A stretch of 64,000 bases of DNA from Bugula neritina (taxonomy: Eukaryota > Animalia > Bryozoa). Positions 1 through 10,200 of this stretch are shown piece by piece; the first letter of the stretch is position 1; every line of letters starts with the position of its first letter. The stretch lies in NCBI GenBank assembly GCA_964035545.1, contig OZ037768.1, positions 3,690,741-3,754,740 on the forward strand, given 5' to 3'. The notes under the pieces were generated by a model that was not told where the DNA came from, did not search any database, and was given only the letters and a program-made list of their open reading frames with translations. The translations under genes and the position numbers were made by a program.

Positions 1-328
1 GCTCATATGCCCCTGTGATTATGTAAGGGTTAAAACAAAGATTATTTTTGAGAATCATTATTGCTATTAGTTTAAGGTTAGCATGACTGTTATAAAATAG
101 TTATATTGAAATTCCGTGACCGCGCTGGTTGTATTTTTTAAAGGACGTAACTATATGTACAGGCTACAGGACAGTTTCTTACTTCGTAGTTGAACTTTTG
201 CGAAAGAAGATAACTCTATAATATTTACCAGCTACGAGTCGGCAATTTTTTGCGCATCACTATCATGTGCCACATTTCCGCAACGCGTTTTGCGAGACCT
301 GACGGTGTTAGTGATGATGTGGAAGATG

Positions 329-336
329 TGACGTCA
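329..336. promoter_or_regulatory. Perfect palindromic CRE (TGACGTCA) in the CpG-enriched CREB3 promoter region
   Basis: TGACGTCA at 329-336, ~130 bp upstream of the ATG, within a CpG-enriched stretch (~110-470). Confidence 0.55.
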
Positions 337-462
337 TTGTTTCTAAAAATAAATTCGTGATCGCTAGTCATAACGACAGGGGAAACACGACGACGTGGAT
401 CTGTTGAGTTGGTCTTCTCTTTACTTTACTTGTATCTTCCTAATTTCTGCAACCTCGTTGCT

Positions 463-3400
463 ATGAGTGACGTGGATTTACTAGACATGCTGTTTGATGA
501 CAGCAACAGTTTAATGGAATTGAACGAACGGTCATCAGTGTCTCAAACTGTTACTGAGCCTCAAACAAGTTTTCTTCAACTTCAAGCAAACCCAAAGTGC
601 AATAATTATAATAATATTCATCAAAGTTCTCTGGGACAAGTATCACACCCTTGTAATACTTACTTTGAGGCTCATTCTGATTCTCAGCTAAGCTCTAACA
701 CCAAACTTCAACGCAAAGACGGGATGGGCACTTTTACTTTACCTCTAGATCTGGATCTTTTCTCTGGAAATGAATGTGCAGCTCAAACTCATTCCCAAGC
801 TGCGACTTCAAATTTAGACGTTGACTGGTCATCCACTTTTCTAAACTCGTCTCTCAATCTGGTAAGACTGCCACAAAATGCTATCACTGTGTCAGTAATA
901 CTCTCTAAGTCTATCACTATCACTATGTCTAGTCTACACTCTATAACTAATCTATAAGTATAAGTGCTATTTACTTTGAGTAACTACTGAATGGTTTGAG
1001 TTTATGATAGTCATTAGCTCGATAATTGAAGGCGTAACTTAGAGTGATTTCCAAATCATTAACATAGAGTTAAGCTGATGGTTGAAGTCTTTATAATTAT
1101 TCATTTATACTATAACTATAGTAGAATCATTATCAAAATTAAAAATTCATTGGCTCTTCTTGTGGTTATCTACAAATACATACAGATCACATATGCCTAT
1201 TGCTCTAATCTAACATACATACATACCTACAGTATACTGGCTGTCGGGTGTCAGTCAGCATATTAAATTTTGTCTATGTCAGATTCGCAGTAATTTACAC
1301 TGGCAAGACACATTTTCACTGCAATACTGGCATGTTCTAAAGCTCATTGATAAAATTTCCTTTGTTAGCTTTTCCTATGCCGGCATGCCACGTATTCAGT
1401 GGCCTCATCATTGGCTTTTGCGTCTTTACCCTCCACTCTTCCTGGCTTCTTCCTGCTACACATCATCACCTGTCATTTGTAATCTAATGTTATCATTTTT
1501 TCATCCCCTATCAAATCATTTACAATCCTTTTCATGAATGTTAAGTTATTGTTTTTAATTCTGAAATAAGACCATGTTTGTACTGAGATAATGTATAGAG
1601 TTATTTATATTTATGTTTGAATTTGTACCTGTAGGACGGCTTAGACCAGAATGAGTTTTTCAATGCACTCATGGAAACAAATGTACCTGATGAGGTGAAA
1701 GAACAGAAACAGCAACAGCCCTCCTCAAAGCAGTGTCACGATCATGCCTACTCCATAACGCCAGCCTCTCCCAACAGTGATAGTGGCGTGTCCAGTGGGC
1801 CATACTCCCCCTCTAATTCCACAAACAGTTTGGAAGATGTGCCGTTTGATCTTGAGCGGGAATTGTTTGCTCCTCTTGACCTCAAAAGTTACGAGAATGC
1901 TGACATCCTCCCAGATGTAGACCCAATGCTACTAGACTCACTATCAGACTGTGGGTCCAGCCCAGGCCTTGCAGGAAATGAATCACCCATAAATTTTGGT
2001 GAGAACAAGGTGTTTTAGCTGTTTGATTCTATATTTTGTTATAAATGTTGGAAATTGGGCTGATACTTGTTTTGCTCCTAGATCTTTGGTTAATATTTAA
2101 ATGTTTTCTGTAGATTTTGAGGATTTAAACGGGAGTCATTCAAGCACGGGGGTCAAGGGCCTCACCATTAGTACAGATGAGACAACTAAGGTGATTAAAG
2201 TACTGTCTGTGAATGGCTCTCACACCAGTCTCTTCTCTGCGGACAAAAACAGTGTGGTAGGTTTTATTTCTATGTAATTGAACTATAAAGCGCATAATAT
2301 AAATCGGTAGTTCAATTAGTTACCTGATAGGTGTTTTTGTAACAGACTGTTTAGAATTAAATCAGAGATTAAAAATGAAGTTAACATGCTGAAAAAACTA
2401 TCCCTTTAATATGCTAGGCTTTAGAATTTTCTCATATTCAATTTTTTTTGTGTAGAAAATATAAGGATTCAGTTTATTTGCTGTACTTTAGTTTAGATAT
2501 AACTGTTGTATTTTCAGGTCTCCACTAGCTCTCCATATCCCGAGCTCATGCTTTCCGACGAGGAGAAGAATCTGTTGAGGAAAGAGGGAATAACTCTGCC
2601 TACTCACCTTCCTCTCACACGGGAGGAAGAAAAGACACTGAGAGCTGTTCGTCGACGAATCAGAAATAAGGTTGGTAATATAATTCTATTTCTCTTTGAA
2701 GACTACTCGATGGATTTTGGAGTATTACGGTTGTGAAACATGTTCTAAAATACTGATTTAGGCGTCGGCCAGAAACAGTAGACGTAAGAAACAGGACTAC
2801 ATGGAGGACCTCGAGAAACGAGTTAAACTGTGTACAGATGAAAAGAGACAACTGGAGAAAAAGGTCAATGAACTTGAAAAGCGAAACTCTTCTCTTATTG
2901 GTCAATTAAGAAAACTGCAGAAATTAGTTACAGATGGAACCAGACAAACAGCCAAGACAGGAACATGCGCTATGGTGAGCCTGCAGCTAGTGTTATGTTC
3001 TCACAATTTTACTCTTGGCATTATATTACATGCTGTTATTTAGTTGTGTCTGACTCTATTTCTCTACTATGTTGTCTATTTATTTTAGATTTTAGCGTTG
3101 TCATTCGCTCTTGTCCTTTTCCCCAACTATCAGTCTCTCCTGGGTAATGATAGTTCATCATCAGATGATGGCCAAATGACATCCTCAGACATGTCTGGAC
3201 GGCCATCTCGCAGTTTGTTATCACAATCTGAGGACTATATATCATCAGTATCACTTCAAGAGAAGTCACTCAATTATATTTCATTACTCAACAATTATAA
3301 TATGGCGCCACAAGTTTCACCTGTGGACAGTTCAGTAGCAAGTAATACAGATTCCCAGCATGATTATATTCATGATCCGATTGATGATGCTCCATCAGTT

Positions 3401-3607
3401 AGTAAATACGCACCGGACATACCTGTTCAAACTGTAGATGAGAACGTTATTCATATGGAGATAACCAAATTACCCATTGAACCTGCCACTCCTGCGCCAG
3501 AAAATCAACCAGTCAATATAAATGTGTCTGCAAATACAGCCGATATCCTCTCTGAGGATACAGTTCGCCGACGCTCTATTAAAATGGATATAGGCGATGA
3601 ACTGTGA
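463..3607 (+). CDS. CREB3: CREB3/Luman-family ER membrane-tethered bZIP transcription factor (6 coding exons)
   Basis: Exons ~463-861, 1635-1998, 2114-2256, 2518-2670, 2762-2974, 3089-3607 join in frame via GT-AG. Contains the ATB domain ([42 protein letters not shown]), basic region/zipper ([21 protein letters not shown]), TM segment ([18 protein letters not shown]), S1P site RSLL and a DHAY HCF-binding motif. Exact paralogue (CREB3 vs CREB3L3/L4) not resolvable. Confidence 0.92.
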
Positions 3608-5526
3608 CTTTGATGTTATTATTGTCTTCATGATTTTCATAAGCTTTCTGTGGTATATAGTCGTTTTGAGGTGTTGTTAAATGTATGTTATGCAATAATA
3701 CACTTGAATGTGCACTTTTGTTTTTTATTTCATTGTTTAGTTTTTTATACTGATAATGTCTGCCAACTGTTGGATTATATATATATATTATTTTTTCATT
3801 GCTCTCATATTTTTCATTTGTAACAGCGTTACAGTTTATTTATGTATATCAGTTTTACACTTTATATTTATTGTACAGACTAGTGTTGGACATAAAGAAT
3901 TTCTTCTTGAACGTTACTTATTTGTAAAATTCTCCATAATAATCGTATTTTTAAATGAGGTGAAGATGGTAATATATAAATATAATGAATAAAAAGTTAT
4001 TAAAGTATAGAAAGCTTTGACCTGCAATAGTCTTAGCTTTTGTTAATGAGCCATTTTTTGAGAAGATACTTGTTGATTTGAATAACTTGATCAATGCTAT
4101 AGACTACAGTGTTTTACTTGTTCAGGCACAACATGCCTATCTAATCTAGACTATTTTAATCTATCTTGACAAATTACAAACCACTTGTTTTTCTGGCACT
4201 CGCAAGCCGTAGTAGAACCAATTGCGGATTTGTCTTTCCTTAAAAGGCTAATTATGGCTTTCCTTGTGGAAACTCTCATCATTTTATTGAATCATTCATT
4301 GACTATTTCATTGTGATAAGGCATTCGTGTTGAAGGATCTTGTAAGCCGTTCATATTGTAATTTTCCCACATTTGGTTGGTCATCAAAGGCGTCAAGCCT
4401 GTACACTCTAACTTTGTATAACATTAAGCTCATAACTATTTCTATATTACCATAATGATAAAGCGATAAACATTGGATAGTCAGTTCTGCCTCTGGACTC
4501 ACAGTCACTCAGTCTGAGTCACTCTGACTCTTCACTCACAGTGACACTGAATCTGTCTCTGATAGTGATAGTAAATGTGATAGTCTGAGTCTCATTCTGA
4601 TTTTGACTTACAGTTACAGTGAACTTACACTCACGGTGACAGTGAGTGTGACAGTCACTGACTCTGTGTCGATAGGACATTTTGAAAACAGTGATTTTGA
4701 TTTAGTTTTATTCTTATTTAGAATTACTATTAGTTTAACTTTAAGTTAAATGCGTTATTTATTTTAATTTTATAATAATATTAAATTTAATATTACTAGT
4801 ACTAATACTACTAATAATACTAATAGTGTGGCCTTGGGTACAAATTTAAATTGAAATATGACAGTGAATCAGTACATTGTGATTGCTGATTAATCATTAA
4901 TGATTTAATTTTATTCTTACTTAAGAGTTAGGACTCCGACTTAAAAGTATTTATTTTAATATTTTATTATCAATATTATAATCATTATGATCAGGATTGT
5001 GTTTATGATTATCATTATGAAACAGAGACTTGTGTCCAGACTGGGTTCGGAATCTGAGTGAGAGTGTGATTAAACGGCAAACAGTTAAACTACACCTACT
5101 CACTCTAGAATTAAATGACAAATCTACTTCTGGGATAAACATTAAATTTAATAATTAAACCTGAAGTTAATATTAAATTGATATCATAAATCATTAAATG
5201 TCATAGTTAATATTATCTTCTCTTGACATCTTTCCATGGATCAAACTTGCTGAGATGGATCCATGGAAAGTTGGTGATTATCTTCTAGAATTATGAACAT
5301 AATTTCTGCTGTTGTGTCGCATTAGCTCTGACATTAACAACCCGCCAACATTTGAACTTACATGGCTGTTTTATCAATAACTTATTTTGTAAAATTCATT
5401 TTTCTGAAAAAACGTTAGCTCTGTTTTTATACAATGAATCCACTTTCTTGATCCCAAATTATAATAGGACTGCCAGTATTTTTTATTTCATCATATGCTC
5501 AAAATAGTTTATGGTTATAAAATGTT

Positions 5527-5598
5527 TGCCCCCACTGGGATTCGAACCCAAGACTTCGGGCTTGCAAGCAGGCGTGCTAACCGTTGCACCACGGCGAC
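5527..5598 (-). pseudogene. tRNA-derived element (tRNA pseudogene or SINE head) in the probable ZNF706 first intron
   Basis: 72-nt minus-strand sequence GTCGCCGTGGTGCAACGGTTAGCAC...GGGTTCGAATCCCAGTGGGGGCA. D-arm and T-arm pair, with an A-box and a perfect B-box. The anticodon stem does not pair and the acceptor stem has a G-G mismatch. Confidence 0.7.
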
Positions 5599-5776
5599 TA
5601 CTGGGTGATCACAACACTACAATGGTAATTATATTACTTTTAATTTCTTTTAATTAGTAACGGCACTAATTTGGCTCTAATAACTATTATTCGGTTGTTG
5701 AAAGAAAACATTCTTTTAAGTTCACTGAAAAATTTGCTGCCAATTAATTTTTAGGCAAAATATTGCTACATGCATT

Positions 5777-6451
5777 ATGGCTAGAGGACACCAAAAAGAG
5801 CAGTCAAAGCAGAAAAATGCTAAAAAGAATGAACAGCTAGCAAAGCAAAAAGGCCACTCGGCTGCTGATCAGAAAAAAGCTGCAGCTGCTGCTCTCACAT
5901 ACTCTTGTGCTGTTTGCCGAGTACGTATAAGGGAGATTTACATTTGAAATTTGGTATTTAGTCAAGTTATGTTTAAGGTTTTCTGCCACCTAATGTTTGT
6001 TATCATTAATAAAGTAGTAAAATAATAAAATAGGGGTGCTTTAAAGTCAGTTGCTTATTTACAAGGGTATCATGGTTGGCCAAATAGTGTATGATACATT
6101 TTGTCTATATATAAATATATTTTCTCAATATATCAGGTTCATACCTTTCAATAGTTCGAAAATTATTGTGTGGCAGAAAACCTTTTGAATCTAGAAACTT
6201 TTTTCTTATGCTCAATATTTCTCGATCAACAAATATTACAATATTACTATGGTAGAAATAAAGAATAACTATTTTTATATATGTATGTCATTTAATTACA
6301 CACACTACAAAGTTAACATGTTGTTCCGCCTAATTATTATTTTTATTCTTTTCAGTCTCAAATGGGTGACCCAAAGACCTATAAGCAACATTTTGAAAGC
6401 AAACATCCGAAGGCTCCTTTGCCGGAGATGCTCAAGAGTGTAGCTGCATAA
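5777..6451 (+). CDS. ZNF706: Zinc finger protein 706 (SERF/4F5-like N-terminus plus one C2H2 finger), 79 aa
   Basis: Exons 5777-5920 and 6356-6451 give MARGHQKEQSKQKNAKK...AAALTYSCAVCR|SQMGDPKTYKQHFESKHPKAPLPEMLKSVAA*. Missed by the ORF track. Confidence 0.95.
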
Positions 6452-7206
6452 ATTCTTCAATATTAGACATTAGATACGTTAAGTTTTCTGTATTACTGTC
6501 ACTGATAATGTAAGGCGTGATCTAGTACAAGCTTCTCTTTTGTGCACAAGCAAATCTAAGTTATATATGCTGAATGATATTGTGTTTTCCCAACTTTACT
6601 TGGCGGATATTTTGGTTACAATCGGTATTTTCACTCTACTTTATAAAGTGCACATGTTTGTGAGGCTGTAAATCAGTGCCTCTCTTTCTTTTTTACTTGG
6701 TTTTCAACACAATACATTTTAATCTCAGGTTTAGTTGCTGCTTCACGGTAGACAATGCTGCCTAGTCTCTCTGCATGTTTACTTATTGCTGATATTACAT
6801 AAATTTCATTATATTATGTTAATATATTTTTAAAACCGAAATAAAACTTGATTAAAATAGTAAACATATAATTTTATGCAAAATTGAGTAAAAGTAAAAG
6901 CTTGAAAATGTAAAAAAAACAGCAAGAGATTCTGTTCCAAGTATAATGTCTGAAAAAAGTTCACTCTAAATGACTAAACTGCCCTATATTGCAAACTGGC
7001 AAGTTAAATATATTCCCTATTGCCACAGTTTTAAAAATATCTTGAATAAGTAGAAAGTTTTAACAAAACATCAAATTGAGATCATGATGCATGTTGCTAG
7101 ACTATAAGTAAATTGATCCCTCCAGTCAACCATAATGTGATGAAAACATCTCCCATATTGTGAGATTCTATGTGAGTTAAAAAGTGAGCTTATCATGGCT
7201 CACACG

Positions 7207-10200
7207 TTACATCTGCATACTCTCCCTAATTGGCAGGTCTTGGTGAATGTACTTCCGTTCCCCTGCAGAAAACTCTTGTACAGTTTGCCCATTGGCTCGG
7301 AGTATCCACTTGGTAGTCAACAAGCCTTCGACTCCCACAGGGCCTCTTGCATGTATACGGGTGGTACTAATGCCCACCTCTGCACCTATAATGCCAAACC
7401 AACCATGTTAACTAATGGTATTTTCACTATTAATACATGATACAATATTATTTCGCCTGATCAGTAAAATAAATCCAGGTTGTACCTAGTTGTATGCTAC
7501 AGACTCAGCACCATAATTTCTGCATACTCGTACTGTATGGTATATGTTAAGTGTTAATTGCCTAATGATTATGCCATCTACTATACCCTCAGACTACACT
7601 GTATGATATATGCTATTTATTCAAACTACACTGTATAATATATGCTATAAACTCAGACTACACTGTATAATATTTGCTATAAACTCAGACTACACTGTAT
7701 AATATATGCTATAAACTCACACTACACTGTATAATATATGCTATTTACTCAGACTACACTGTATAATATATGCTATAAACTCGGACTACAAGGTATAAAA
7801 GTCATGCTTGCCTAGACCAAATCTGTATCCATCAGAAAACCTTGTACTTGCGTTTCTCATAACAACCGCACTGTCTGTGTTTTGGAGAAAGAACTCGGCT
7901 CTCTGATCTGTAAGATAAATACAGAGGATTACTTGTATTAATAGGTGCACTCAACCTGTAGCCATGACTAAATCAGCACCTTATATATTCTTATAGCTCA
8001 AGTGACTGTAAAATTCAAACCATGTTTTCATTAATTTGGTCTCACTATTATATAGTTATTTAAATCAAGTTATAATGATCAGCATGTTATTTAGATTTCC
8101 CAACACATACCATCATTAGTAACAATAGTATCGGTATGACTGCTGCCGTATTTGTGGATATGGTTGATGGCTTCATTCACGCTGTCAACAGCCTCGACTG
8201 AGCACACCAGATCGCTATACTCTGTCTTCATTGAGTTAGCCAAAGGAGGACCAAAAGATAACAAGGAACTTAGTCTTGGTCCAGCAAGCACCCGAACCTG
8301 TCACCACGAGAAACATGTTGAATACCATATACATCGTATGTATAAGTGAGAGGGTGGGACAACTCCTGTAATGCCTGAGGATAATCTGGAATTGCCTTAG
8401 AGATATGATACCAAGCGCTTTCTTGTATCAACACAAAATTTAAGACTTATTAAACATGACTAGCATACAGTATAGACTCAATAGTCTAGAGAAACAAATA
8501 TGACAATAGAGAGATGATATGGTTAACAAATTATGTAAAGCATACATTTTATCTCCCATACTTGGAGAATTCTAATGCACTCTATTTAATGTTTATTTCA
8601 GAACTTTCAAATGAAACAAAAGATGAAATTTTCTGATGCAACATACCAGAAACATGATTCCTAAAAGGTTGACTAAATCTAAAACCTTAGACTTGAAAAA
8701 GTTTGTAAAACAAATGATGACTAGAGTCATCACTTAAAATTGTAGTGAGAATAACGTCAATAAAAGTGCAATATCATGGTTTTTAAGGCTGCATTCACAA
8801 CCAACTCACATTTTCAGTTCTAAACATCTCCAACAAATCATCAAAGAAAGATGTTCTGATAAGATCCCTGTGTATCAGAAGGGTTTCCATGGCATTGCAG
8901 GCAGCTGGATAGTCGCATTTAGAATCTCGAACTAAAAGATATTCACAGAAATACTGGTCAGTCATGTACTTCATCAGTATTATATGCATTTCAGCAAAAT
9001 TAGATATAATAAACGGTTCTGCAACTTTGCACTAACTTTTGTGAATATTAACAACATTGCTCAAAATATTAACCAACGGGTGTAATTTAATACTTACTAT
9101 GGTTCAATATTTCATTAGTCAGCACTGAAGTATTGAACTGTGATACTCACTGATGTTAAAGCCCCCCCCTCCCCGTACTACTCACTGATGCCAGCCCCCC
9201 CCCTCTGTAGAATACTCACTGATACTAAAGTCCCCCCTCCCTATAGAATACTCACTAATATTGAGAGCCATGGATGGATCACAATCAGAGTCGATGTACA
9301 CATGACAGACACCCTCACTGTGACCCAACACAGGAATACCAGCACTCTCAGTCTGTATTCTGTTGACTAGCTCTTTACTTCCTCTGGGAATAACTAGGTC
9401 AATATGCTCCTTCAGCTGTAACAAGTCGTGTATATCTTCCCTTTTATTTACCTACAAAGTTACATGAACATCCACATTTGATACAAATTCCAAAAAGTTG
9501 GCATTAGATTCTACCACATGAATCAACAACACACAGGATTTAGAGCTATGAAAAATTATATTTTGTTGATAGCCAGCTAGGTCAAATATAATTAGGATTT
9601 TAAAATTAAAAAGTCTGTTAATGAAAATGGATTTCTATAAGTAGGTAAAAATTAGAGACAAACTATAAGCATGTATTTGAATACTAAAGAGAATTACAAC
9701 ACTTGTACTTACCAGAGCAATAGTTTCTTTGGGTGCATGAGGTTCCAAGGCTTCTTGCACTAAACTATGTAGTAAGATGTTACTATGCATAGCCTCTGAT
9801 CCACCTTTTAGGAGTAAGCCGTTGCCACTACTTATAGCTAGAGCTGCTATTTGTGGAAGACAGTCTGGTCTACTTTCAAATATGATCAACAATACACCTA
9901 TAGGTACCGTGATTTGGGCTAGATCCATATCCTACGCAACAGACAAATAACATACGGAAATACAATTACTGCCATGTTAGCATAAAAACTAAATTCTACA
10001 TATGTATGAGAAAGTACTTGATAGATAATATGAGGCTTTTTAATTAAACAACTTATGAATAGGAAAATGCCTTTGCTATTTTGATTGCTTGAATTTTCTA
10101 CGCATGAAAACAAAACCTAATAACCAATGAAATACAATTTGAGTAAAAAGAAACAACTCCACCTAGGCAGGTCTGAAATATGCTTCCTTTCTTTGCAAGT

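Noticed and set aside
1-33. AGGGTTAA resembling a piggyBac-type MITE end
   Set aside because: The partner terminus is not in the window; too short to support.
409-462. TTG-initiated N-terminal extension of CREB3
   Set aside because: Artefact of alternative-start ORF calling; the ATG at 463 gives a typical acidic DLLDMLFD start.
5527-5598. Functional tRNA-Cys or tRNA-Ala gene
   Set aside because: The anticodon stem cannot pair in either register and the acceptor stem is mismatched.
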